From contig NW_003314371.1 in NCBI RefSeq assembly GCF_000143415.4, forward strand, positions 136,480 to 200,479: DNA of 64,000 bases, written 5' to 3'. This document shows, in pieces, positions 11,146 through 23,300 of the stretch; position 1 is the first letter of the stretch, and every line of letters starts with the position of its first letter. Under the pieces are notes generated by a model, which did not search any database, was not told the origin of the DNA, and worked only from the letters and a program-made list of their open reading frames with translations. This DNA comes from Selaginella moellendorffii (Eukaryota; Plantae; Lycopodiophyta). A program made the position numbers and the translations under genes.

Positions 11146-12105
11146 TAATACAGGCAGTTGGGTGAATGCCCAAAGCGATCGTCCCCAGGGGGGGGGGCTG
11201 TAGGGGGTTCCAAAAGTATAGTAGGGAAAGTGTGGGGGTTGGAGCCCAGTGGAGCCAGTTTGGCCAGGAAAGGCCAGTTTGGCCCAGGAAGGCTGTACCC
11301 AGGTGTTGGGTGATGAACTGACCACTGGGAAGTCCAAGACTAGAGTGAATACGGACTGACAAATGGGGTAGCTTAGTGAAGTGTTCAAGAGCTGGCTTTA
11401 GTTCCCCCGGGAGATTGAATGGCCGATACTCCCAGTCCAAGTGTGGGTGGCACTACCTACTTAGATACCTGGCGTGGCTCAACGGAACCTCTCTCTAAGC
11501 CCATGGCTAAAGCACCCAAAGGTGGAAGGTGGGGAGAGTACCCATAAGGCTTGCGTAGGGCCACAGTGTTCCGAAATGTTGTCCCAAAGTCCCAGACTAT
11601 GGAAAGGAAGAGGAGTAGTCCTCTTGTGTGGTGACCAAGGATGCAATCACATGATGAGGAAGTCCTAGAGGATAGTGGGACTTAGTGGTCAGGCATGTGG
11701 GCCTTGATCCAGTGGCAGTGTTGGCAAACAAGGCCTTGAACAAAAAGGGACTTGATGGGGATCGGAAAAAGGATATTGGGGAAGGCTATTCCCCATGTCT
11801 GCGAGCATCTTAATGATGTTAAGGAGTGGATCTGGGATGACCACTCATAGATGGATGGCCTAGTCTTTGAGAGACAGGATTGCAATACAGGTAGTGTTGG
11901 ACCACAAATGTGACCAAGATGAATGGGCATAGTATGGCGTAACGGGCTGATATGTTAGTGGTACTTTGGAGTGTCAGTCATGGGATCGGACACGTAGAGC
12001 ACTTGGACCAAGTGCAAAGGTTGAGTGGCATGGATGCCATTTTCGGGGCTAGCAAGCCCCAAGTCCTGAATAGGACTTATATAGGTTGTGAATGAGACTC
12101 CTCCA
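10730..12105 (+). mobile_element. LTR-retroelement long terminal repeat fragment (family B)
   Basis: 11140-12090 is the diverged reverse complement of 28350-29830. It ends in CTCCTCCA (12105), complementary to the TGGTGGA-type start seen at the inverted copy end (~30258) and, degenerately, after the polypurine run at 26505-26520. Confidence 0.55.
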
Positions 12106-12139
12106 AGTGGTCGGAGGTGCAGTTAAGTGACTAAAGTAT

Positions 12140-14588
12140 AATAGAAAAATTAGTTGCTTACACTTGGCATTAACTCTTCGAATTACCTAGTTAATATGAG
12201 AAACTGGCTCACGAGCAATAATCTTCTCAACCTCTAGCATTGGATTCACTTGTGTAACAATTGGCACCTCCTCCACTCCATGTTCCTTAGTTCTTCTTCG
12301 GTGTCGTGGAACAGAATGGTAATCAAACTCTGGATGGTGAGAGCTAGAAGGAGTGATGTTGGGCCCATCAAATGTCTATTGACGCTTCAAACGGATTGTC
12401 CTCATGTCACCAAGTGGTTCATAACTTGATTCCATAGGAGTTCTAGTAACAACTTCCCCCACCATCTTAGATATTGACCCTACTGCTGGTGTTCTCTTTC
12501 TACCAACCCGCTCTCAAAGCTTGTCTAAGTTTCGACCTATACCAGCAAACCTTGCTTTCTGTGCAGCCAAAGATTTTGATAACTGCTCAAGAGATCTAAT
12601 GAGGTTGGAGAGTGTAACTTCATAGAGGGATACTTTTCCTTTCCTTGCTTCGAAAGCTTTCCAACTCTAATGTTTGCTCTCTGAGAGATTAATTGTTGGT
12701 ATAAGTGCAATATCATCAAGTGGTTGATCCTAGGAAAAATGTAATATTTGAATGTGACAAGAAAAGAAAATGAGAGAAAACTTACATGGAGAATATAATG
12801 GCCCCACTAAAAACATTTGAACTTCCCACCATGCAAGCCAACACTTCATTTGTGGAAGGTGTTCAATTGGCACTTTGTCTCCTTCACGCCACTATATACA
12901 CATCTCATTTGCTTTTGCCTCGTGCTCCTCTTTAGTTGGTGTATCCATCCATTCTCGACAAAGCTGCTTGAATTTGTGATGGAAGCTAAACTTGATACAT
13001 CAACAATGTTCATTGACACTCTTTGCCCAATTAAACTCACAACTCTTCTCTTTACTTTGTAATGGCTGACTTTTATCACCTCCAAATACTTGTCGTACAG
13101 CCAACTAATTAGCACCAGCAACATCTGCCATGAAACCACAGAAGTTAGGTTTCTTCCCGGTTCGTTGTTCAACAATCTCAAACATATATGTCCAAAAGAT
13201 GGTTTGTGCTTGGAAATCTTAAACCTTGAATTTGGCTATAGCTATAGTTAAGTTGCACTGCAACCAATAGAAGGAATGGTTATAATGTAAATTGGTATGG
13301 AATCCTTAAAAAATGAATAACCACTTACTTGTGATCATAAACATGAGCTCCCATTGTTGACCAGCCTAAAACTCATTCTAGTGGTCGAAATGGATCTAGG
13401 AATTAGCCAAGTCCTCGTCTTTATCCATATCCATTTGTTGTACAAGGTCCACACCAGAAGCAAGACCAAGGGTGGACATCTTAAAGATGAAAGGGTGTTG
13501 ACTATTTGAAGTCACTTGGCCAACGAACAAACTCCCATGAACAAATTCATAAGGACATTTTCTTTTTAACTCCAAAATTGCATCCAATCCAGATTGAAAC
13601 TTTCCATCTCGCCCTTCTCACATCCAGTTCTTTATTCTGCTAAAAAAAAAAGCGTTTCTAGTGACAAAGTAGAGTTAAGTATTAATTTATACCTGTTTAA
13701 ATTTGTTATGAGTTCTATATTTTGAAACAGGTCCTTCAAGTTATTCTCTATGAACTCTTTTTTGCTATTAGCTTGTAGCAACATGTCCACCATATTGTCC
13801 TTTAGTATAGACTGTTGAACACACTTTGGAGTTACAGCACTTTTCTTCCCAGCCTTTGTAGTAACAACAGCCTTCAAATTGTGAAAAGAATCATGGTGGA
13901 TTCCTTCCTCTATTGTGTGTTGATGGTATCCAACATGCACTACTGCTCTGCCTAAACATCCATCCTGTAGAAGAAAATAATACATTTTTGCATTGCAACA
14001 TGCTTGACAAATAGGTGTTGCCCCACATTTGCAACATCTAAACCATGTAGCAACCTCATCACACCTAGGGGGATTGATTGTTGAGCCTTCAAAGAAGCAC
14101 ATATTCTTGCCATGATCAGAAATGCATTTCTCAGCGACACATTGAAGCTATCCACCACAATGGACTATGGACACAAATCCGTCAAAATGGGAGAAGTGGG
14201 TTGTCTTTACTTTGCACCAATTATATGGATCAAAACACATCTCCATGCCCCTCTTCCTGCTTGACAAACTGGCTGGTGGAAATTTAAAGAATATATTCCC
14301 ATTATAGGAAGATAAAAGTTCCTCACCTCTCATGTACTGGAACTCCTTCAATTCCAACCGTAATGATCAAGATTGCTAAAATGCTTTATCCACCACTTCA
14401 AAAATTGGTCCAGAAGGAATGCACCTACTTGTATGAGAAGCTATGTTAGGAAGCTCATCTTCTTCACTTTCGTCATTGGAGAGAATAACAACTTCATGCT
14501 TCACTCTTTGCACAGTTGGCTGTGAAACTGACGCGCTCTCCTCTACTTGCTTTGGAGTCTTATAATTAAAATCTCCTAACCTGTACAT
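12140..14588 (-). pseudogene. Mutator-like (MULE) DDE transposase with N-terminal GCM-type Zn domain; several stops and frameshifts
   Basis: GCM-like: WCKVKTT..HCGG*LQCVAEKC...RCCKCGATPICQACCNAKM...HVGYHQH (three ORFs in one frame, 13632-14588). Catalytic-type motifs: HFDH, GWSTMGAHVYD, GFMADVAGAN*LAVRQVFG, KSCEFNW (CxxH-like) and PTINLSESKH. Short GT-AG introns. Confidence 0.75.
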
Positions 14589-15176
14589 CTATTAAGATCC
14601 CACTGAATCCTATTCTTTCCCACACCATTGTCAAAAAGAATGGATTTTTCTATCTGATTACCTTTATCCAGACATACATTCTCCAAACTAACTAATCCCA
14701 GCTTCAACTTGAATCTTTTGCAGAGGAAGCTCTCTCTTATAATATTCTTAGAGAAAACAATTGAAAGCTCTTGATCAAACTTCAAGTAGAATTCTCTTAT
14801 ATCTTCTCCTTGCTCGAGCACTTAGAAAAAATTTGGGGAGAAACTGACAAAAAAGAACAAAGATATTCTTCTGTATTATAAGCTTTAATTAGTTGTGTCC
14901 TTGCAAAGGACAAGTTAAATATTTTAACAAAATATACAACCATTTAGAATCTAGAAATATATGAAAATGTTAAACAGCCACCCATATTAATTGTATAATT
15001 GATTGTGAGAGGAATAATACTATTAAAATGAATGGGGTTATGAGCAAGAGGTGTCGATTAATCACGAGAGTTGTAACATTAATTGTTTATTCTCCCTCTT
15101 ATCTCCATGCTCTTTTCCCTTCAAAAGAGTTTCATTTTTTTGTGATAAGTGAGAGAGACTCAAGCTCGAAAAGTAC

Positions 15177-18100
15177 ATGGTTTTTTCAAGAGGAGAAGCT
15201 ACTGGTGGTAGTGCCATACATGGTGGGGCGGAACTTGGTGGTGGAAATGAGGCACTTAGTGCTATAGGTGGTGGGGCAGATCTTGTTGGTGGAAATGGCA
15301 GACATGCTATTGCTCTTGAAGGTCACAGAAATGAGGTGGTAACTATGCTAGAGGCCGACAAGATCTTGAATGAGTGAGTACGCGATACTATTGTCCAAGC
15401 TCAAGAATGAACTATCAGCAGAGTGTTAGGTGAAATGGCTTGGAAAGGATCCCAACATCTTCAACTTCCACTTTGCTGTCTTAAGTAGAGTCACTAGGTG
15501 TCCTCAGCCTATGACCTCAACATGGGTATTTATACCTCTTTCATAGAGGCTAGATTTGGGCACACTGCTGGATCATTTATTGTGTTGTCATCATTCCCCG
15601 GAACAAATCGCATAAACATGGTTACTCATGAGATCGAGCAAACTTGGGATCAAATATGGCAAAGGAAATCTCAAGAGTTTGATACTTTGATGGCGTGCCA
15701 CAAGGAGATACAAGCCTTTGTAGGCCGGATGTTCTTCATTATTAATGGAAACCACCAATGGCTAGCATTTAGAGGTGTATCCAAGAGAAGCTCTAAGACG
15801 ATGACAAGCAACATATTTGTGTTCCAGTGACACTTGTGGAGCCACAGGATCGAAACCAAGCAGTGAGGCTCAACTTGGCATGTCACAAGATCAATATGTA
15901 AGAATCATTTACTAATAACCTTTGTACTCACCAACTATATTATAGGTTTAATCAGTTTGCTTTCCAAACACATACCTTGGTCCATGATATCGAGCACCTT
16001 CGATATGTTGGCATACTTTCTCTCAAGGAAATCTAGATGCTGTATAGTTGTGAGGTTATGGAAGTAGTTCAAGCAAAGCTTGTAGCACGTAAAGGCCAAG
16101 AGTTGCTTACTTGGTATCAAGTGCCTATGGATTTTTTGGTTGCGGTCTGGGCAAAGGTAACCTTTTCTTGCATGAAATTGTGTTTTCTACTCACAAGTTT
16201 TCCTTTTTGCCAATTGTCAAAGTGGAGCAAAACTCATATTTGAAGATTACACAAATGACGGATGAGGTGCAAAAGAACTTTGAACTGCGACAAATTGAGC
16301 AGTGCATTTTGAACTCGAAGAAATCAAAGGTGAAGAAGCTACTTGTGATTGAAGACATTCAATGCGATAAAGATTGGCTGGATTGCATTGCAAAGATATG
16401 CTCTCGTGGCAATAAGTTAGTCCCTTTTATCTTTCTCATTCCACTTTGAAATCCTTGTCCTTGCAGGAAATGGTAAAGCACATGAAGAATTGATCTATAA
16501 CATCGCAAAAAGCAAGCTCTCCTTCAACAAACAAACCTCTTGCTTGGAACTCCTCAACACTTGGCATCGTAACAATGATAAAAGGTTGGAGAGCAAACTT
16601 GAGAATGTGATGAAGGAGAAACTCTATATCACTTAGAGTATTGCAGTTGCTAAGGAGCTACTTCAAGTATGGGATACGAAGTTCGTTACTAGTGCCCGCA
16701 CTAGCATAACACTTCCAAAATATGTCCGAGCTTCCCTTCAAGAGCTTGGGGATGGATGGCAGCTCAAGTTCTATGGATCTCAAGAACCAGCTAGGCCAAC
16801 CATTTTTCTCGTGCTGCATGGCATATAGGTATATTGCAAGAAATTGACTTGTTTATTTAATCATAGCTCTTTTGTAGGTATTGAAGTCATTGCCTAGGTG
16901 CTCCAGTGTACATAGCAAGTGTTTTTCTCAAGCTCTTAACTAGTGGGAAGAAACTTGGCATGTATGAGCCAAAGTTCCATTGTCCCACTGCACGGGAGCA
17001 AGAACTTTGTCCATGGTACTTGGAGTTGTGAAGGCAAATGTCATCATCACCTTTTGAGCTTGATCTCTACCTCAAGTGTCATCCAGGTTTGATGAGTAAA
17101 ATTTCTTAGTAGTAGCTTATGTTTCTACTTTATTGTAGAGGCACTTTTGGAGGGAGTGGAGATGCCTTAGGACAGGGATGAGATTCATATTGAGCAAACT
17201 GAAGACAAACAAGTGGAGAACCCGGCTGAAAACTCTCCTGCCCCATCTCATCTTATAGCAGTTGCTCATTCCCCAGATCCTACTGCCACTGCTCGTCCAG
17301 CCCTGACTGTTTGAAATGTACGAAGGCAACTCCATAGTGGGGACGTCCAAGAGAGTAAGAACTTGATTTCCAATGACCTTGCTTATTATAATTTAGTTGT
17401 AGATGTCGGAGAAACCAGCCAACACTCTATACATCGACATACAAATGCATTCTTTCCATCCCTCCCCACTGCTACAAAGGATGACCTCCAAGAGTTATCT
17501 TCATCGGCTTCACATAAACAGGTATGAAAAAAAACATATATTAGCTTTAATATTTCCCAGTTTTGAACACTATTCACATTCACCCTCTTTCTTCTATAGG
17601 AAGTGTTGGCAATGTGGAAATAGTTATTAGGGATTACTTTCAGCTTTCCAACAACGTGAGCCAAGAGTCTTCTATGTTCCATTGATGGATGTGAGGATTA
17701 GGAATGAACAATACTTTTGGCATCGACCTTGTGTTCTTCGACTTGCCTAATGGGTTACCACCTTTACAAAGCCACACTCCACCTTAGAACATCTTTTGAC
17801 TGGACCATATTTCTCAAGTGGTGAATATGGCATCCAAGGTGTTGCGATATGAGGGCATTATGCTAGTCATTCTTCCCTGTTCTTTATTTTGGGGAGGTCT
17901 TCTTGCAACGATGGCGAAGAATGATGACTCTAGATTGGTTGAGTTTGCATCAGGCTACCTACTCTCAAACATCCCGGCCAAAACAAAAGGAGCAAGTGGC
18001 TGAATCAAAAAGGTTTGTATTTCCTTATTTTTCATATCTTAAATTGGTTGCCTCTTTTCATTGTAGGTTTTAGTATGGAACTACTATACTCTTTGCCACT

Positions 18101-18420
18101 ACTCTTGCTGTCATAGTATTACATGAGCTGATGAGCGTGTAGGTTTGGCATTGCCAGGATATGATAGCTCAACAGATATCATCCCAAATGTCATCAACAA
18201 GGACCACCATATATAGTTCCCTAGCTATCGACCCTATTCACCAAAGGCCATGCAAATCCTCCTAGAGTTGTTTTGTCCTTTTAAGGGGATTGTGCTTGAT
18301 GCTATAGTAGGTTTTGGTTTGATGGTGCTAGCGGCTAAAGAGACTGGGTATGCAGTTTTTGCATTAGAGAAGGAGAGTGTATTTGAAGGTGTTCTTGAGA
18401 CATTTCATAATAGACGATAA
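15177..18420 (+). pseudogene. ParB-like domain fused to beta-class N4-cytosine/N6-adenine DNA methyltransferase; decayed
   Basis: ParB-like MFFIINGNHQWLAF at ~15730. MTase motif IV IDLVFFDLPNG (17722-17754) and motif VI-like KVLRYEGIMLV are followed by motifs X/I/II PKAMQILLELFCPFKGIVLDAIVGFGLMVLAAKETGYAVFALE (18241-18370), with the stop at 18418-18420. Motif IV before motif I is the beta-class order. Confidence 0.72.
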
Positions 18421-18924
18421 TAAAGTATAAAATTCTCATTATAGTAATTCCATCATGGTTGTGTATATTAAGTGGATTGATGATGTGGGCTATAATTTGC
18501 TATGTTATGCAGAAGCAATGGCACAAGCTTATATACAAGAGCCCACACTTAGAAAGCATAATACTATATAAACTCCTCCTTTTGTGGATGTGGATGCCAA
18601 GAAGAAAGACTAAGTTTAGTTTTTTTTTTAGTCGAATTTTTTAGTGGTAATATACTTTGACTTATGATATTCATTTTCTTATTAGACTTATATTATTTAG
18701 CTTTTTCTTGGACTGAAAATATGTTTTAAGTTTTGAATAAAATTGTTGGTTCATCCCGAACCAAACATTTAAACATCAACTTTTGTATTTGGTGGACTAT
18801 ATTGACTTTCATTAACTATCATTGACTTGAGCTCAGCTCAAAAACTACCCAGCCCTAGTGTCGCTATCTTCTGAAACTTGAATATTAAGGGGTTTTTGTC
18901 TCAGAAGCTGTTACCATAATATGT

Positions 18925-19204
18925 TAATCCCTATTAGGTACTGAAGCAGATTGGTAATGTATCCTATTAGTTGGATCTTCCTGCAGAGATGTCCAATGTT
19001 CATAATGTATTTCACGCCAATTTATTAGCCCTATACACTATAGATGTTGCACATCAAGGGGACATTTGTCTGCCACCAAAAGTTATGGATGGTGAACTTG
19101 AATATGAATTTGAAAGGATCTTATCATGTCATTGGAAATGTGGTGGTCATACCAAACAATATTTAGTTAAGTGGCATGGTTACCTAACTTGTGAATCAAC
19201 TTGA
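18925..19204 (+). mobile_element. Ty3/gypsy chromovirus integrase C-terminal remnant (SH3-like + chromodomain)
   Basis: LDLPAEMSNVHNVFHANLL...EYEFERILS...QYLVKWHGY; followed by a polypurine tract and LTR start at 19838. Confidence 0.85.
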
Positions 19205-19837
19205 TGCATTCTTGTGAGCTTATCATAAAGTATGAGAATTGTAATAAAGAGTAGCTTTTGTAAATCTTGTAATAAATCTTGCAAATCAATAAAGTAATAT
19301 ATTTGTATTAAATGTTTCTCTCATTCATTAGTTTTGAGTCAGTTTTGGCAAGTTGACTTTAGCTTTTTGGTGCATAGGTTCAATCCATAACTATGGGGAT
19401 AACTATTATAAATTAATCATAAGTCTTGTTAACTCATTTTCAAAAAGGGTGTAGTCGTGTAAACAATATTATGTGCCAGTTCATAATAGTTATTTAAATC
19501 TTTCCAATGGGGTTGATTTTTGTTTAGGGGAGTTGGGCCTCTAACTCTCTCCCTATATCCTTGCTAGCAAAGGTATATTATTTCTTTGTAAGCTAAGTGG
19601 TACTCAGAGTAACAAGGGTGGCTAGCTTTGCTAGTCATTTCCTTATCTGTAATGGCCAGAGGGTATTTGAGTATTAATGTCTTTAAATGTAGAAGAGAGG
19701 TCATTCTTTACTCATTTAAGTTAGTGTGTTTCTCATAAAATGTGTTTTCTGTTAACTTTTAAAGTTGTTTCTTTGACAGTTTGCTAGACTAGAGTATGCA
19801 TTAACGAGGACATTGATTTTCTCCAAGGGGGGGAAAG

Positions 19838-20257
19838 TGTTGTGAATATGATTTCAAGTATTGAAAGATATTTATTAGGCAGTTCTTACAAAAACTCTCT
19901 CTTTACTGCCACAATAGTATTGTTAATTCTCTTTATAGTCTCCACCCAAGCTAATTGAGAAATTGGTTATCATATGTGCATTTGACTAGATGAGCATAAA
20001 GATGGAATTCATAATTGCTATGAATCAAATATACTTGACCTGGTTAAAGAAACTCATTTATTGACTTACACTTGCTAGTGTTAGAAACTCCTATGATATT
20101 GAGTTTAGTCCCTCAATATCATTAGGTGATAGTTTATTGTGTTTGCTAGACACCCTCGCTATCAAGCTCTGTTTATTGGTCTCATTTCGGTTCTATATGC
20201 TATTTATGGTATATCTAGAGTCACTTCAAAAGTATATCTATAGAATGTAAAAGTGTC
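19838..20257 (+). repeat. LTR family A copy 1 (about 430 bp, cut by the gap); other copies at ~22080-22511, 27029-27466 and inverted at 30472-30905
   Basis: TG start directly after purine tracts (19825-19837, 27016-27028). The copies share internal sequence and two end in ...TTGAACACA followed by a PBS-like ATGG. Confidence 0.75.
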
Positions 20258-20357
20258 NNNNNNNNNNNNNNNNNNNNNNNNNNNNNNNNNNNNNNNNNNN
20301 NNNNNNNNNNNNNNNNNNNNNNNNNNNNNNNNNNNNNNNNNNNNNNNNNNNNNNNNN
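20258..20357. other. Assembly gap (100 N)
   Basis: Run of N. Confidence 1.
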
Positions 20358-23300
20358 ATTAGCATTTATGCATTTATTAGTTAATAACTATATTGGTATT
20401 CAAATAAGCTAATCTCACTAAGGTTTTTTAGTAGGGTTAAACTTTGTGTTTTCCCTGAAAAATGATTTAATTGTGAACTATATTAACTTTGCAAAAGGAA
20501 GAATTATTAGTCAATTGGAGAGTTGGGTTTTTGTTGGATTTAAGTTGGGATTATATTGATCATTGATAATTCTTTTTGTATATGCTATGAAGTGAGTTAT
20601 GTCTTCCTATAAATAGTGTATTCATAAAGGATTATTTGGTGATCAATTGTTAAGTATAACTTCATTATATTTAGCTTTTCGATTAGGGCAAACATGTTCT
20701 TCATAAGCTTTTGTATTATAAAGTTTAACTTATGAATATGTTGAGGAGGATATTGTGGGTTGTACCATGATTTCTTCTTTAACATTAAATTTAGTTGATA
20801 TGAGACTCATGATTATTATTAGATGAGACTTATCTTCTTTGAGTTTTTGATTTTTTAATTTCATGCTCATTATACTATTTATTAAAAGTTGTTAAAGAAT
20901 GTATTTTGGCTCATTAGCTTCAATGCTAAGGTTAGTATCTATTATTGATGACAATTGATTGTCATTTAGGATAGGTGATTATCCTTGTTAAAGGTTTTAC
21001 TTCATTATTGTTAATGTTGAATGATTTACCATTTTTTAGGATGATATGTTATTATTCAATGATGATTATACATCTTTCTATTGATATGATGATTAATGAT
21101 TTTTTTAATGATGGTTAGTTGTTCTCTTTGATAACTTTTGGCTTAACACATTACCATATATTCTTTGTAGTTTACTTTAGATTGATCTCTTGGGTTTGAG
21201 TTATCAATAGGATATTGTTGACATTTTCTTGACCAACTTTAGTTCCTTAGTATTATTGACTAAGATTTATTCAAATTGGTTTATATGATACTTGGCATGA
21301 CTGAGTGTTTATTGGTCCTTGCAACATTTATTCTGTTTTATTTATTGTTGTTATGGTTGGTTTTGATAAATTTAGATGTTATTTCTTTTGAGTGATACAT
21401 TCACAAACATTTTACTTACTAGTTGATGATACTTTGTGTTATTTGAGTTGCCTTTTGTAAATTGTTTAGCATACTATCTATAATTTTTGATAGTTAAATT
21501 TTATTATTGAGTTTTTTTGCTATTAAATTTTGTTGGATCATAAATCCTATATATTTTGACTATAATGATCTTGGTGGTTCTTATACTTTAATTTTGGTTT
21601 ATTGGATGATAACTTACTTGGAATATTTTTATGTTTTAATATAAGACTTATCCAAGTCTCTAAAATATCATTGTCTCTAACTTTGATATTATTTATTTAT
21701 TGATCTTTTTTTTTGGGCCAATTGGCTTTAGCACTTCATATGATAGTGAAATCTTTAGTCATGGGATAGCTACTATCATCTAGTCATATAACCCAACTTT
21801 CTCTTGATGTTCCTTATTCTATTAAAAGGGCGTGACCATGTAAACAACTCTAACTACTTATTTATAGTAGTCTATTTAAACCTTACCGATAGGTTTGGTT
21901 TATTTCCTCATGAGGGTTAGGGCATTTTACTTCTCTCTTTATATCACTTGTAGGCAAAGGCATATCATCTTTTGTAAGCTAGATGACACCAAGAGCAATA
22001 GCAAGAGTCTCCTTATCTGTGACAGTTGCAAGGTGTTTAAGTTGTAGAGACAAAAAGGTCGCCCCTAACTCATTTAAGTGTGTGGGTATTGAAAGTTACC
22101 TATTAACTAATTCTTTCAGATATTCTTTCCTTACTACCACAATGGCAAAAGGTTGGTATTGTTGGACCCTTTATCAATCCCTTTTATTCAAGTATTAGTA
22201 AAAAGGACTTTGTATCTATACTTAGCCGGACAGGCATAAAAAAGGAATTCCTAAGTGTTTATTTAGCCAAGCATATTTGGCCCGACTTGTTAGTTTTTTT
22301 TTGCTCTGTCTTGCACTGGCTTGATAAGAACCCTCGCCTATTGAGACTAGTCTCTCAATATCGTTATATGATAGCTTACCGTATTTGCCAAACACCCTCG
22401 CTATCATGCCCTTTGTGTTAGTCTCATTTCGGTCCCAAATGCTATTTATGGAAAGTGTCTAAATTTGCTTATTTAGCATATCTACAAAATGTAGAGATTG
22501 TCTTGAACACAATGGTGTTCATTTCGTGTCCAAATTTACAATCTAGGGACATTCCATATTTAATAAGTTTCGAGCTTATCCTAGAGACTAACTCCTAGTA
22601 CTAAGGGTGGCTTGGGGTGAAGGATCAAACATGTAAATCATTTTCTCTTTTTGGAGAAATGATTTGCAATGAGGTATTACCTCATTGTTTGTACTCACAT
22701 CATGCAATCAAGAGTCCCTACCTTGATGCATGTTGGAAATTATAGTCTTACAAGTAATGAATTATAGGACGGATAGCAGTGGAGCGTTAAACCATTTTGT
22801 CTAGGCTTGCTATTAAAGACTTAGATTATAATGCTTAATTCTTTTTCAAGGAACCTTGCTATTGCTCTTTAAATACCTTGGTGTTGGATTAGTTTTGAGT
22901 TTGGTCGGATAGAGAGTGGTATGAGCTTATCTGTGTTGTGAATAAAAGTTAGTAGTGTTAGGTATTGTAATCTCTATTAATGGAGTGTGGCATTTATGTT
23001 GTATTTTATTGAGTCAAGTTGACACTTGATACTCACATAAACCTTTGTAGTAGTGATATATGCATTACTTGTGGTGCTACTCAATTGGTGATCAAGTCAT
23101 TATGATACTTATATCATATCCATATGATAATGAGTAATGTGTTTACGAAGTTTCTTGATTATACAATGATCAACCCCAAAGTGGTTGATGGTGAAGCTAG
23201 TCTACTTACACGTAATAACATTGTAGTAGCTTTGACTAAATTCCATATGGTAATTCATTATGCTAAACTTAAGTTGGTTTCTTAGTTCTTTGAATTTGCC

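Noticed and set aside
10674-11148. Repetitive ORFs on both strands
   Set aside because: Translation artefacts of the minisatellite.
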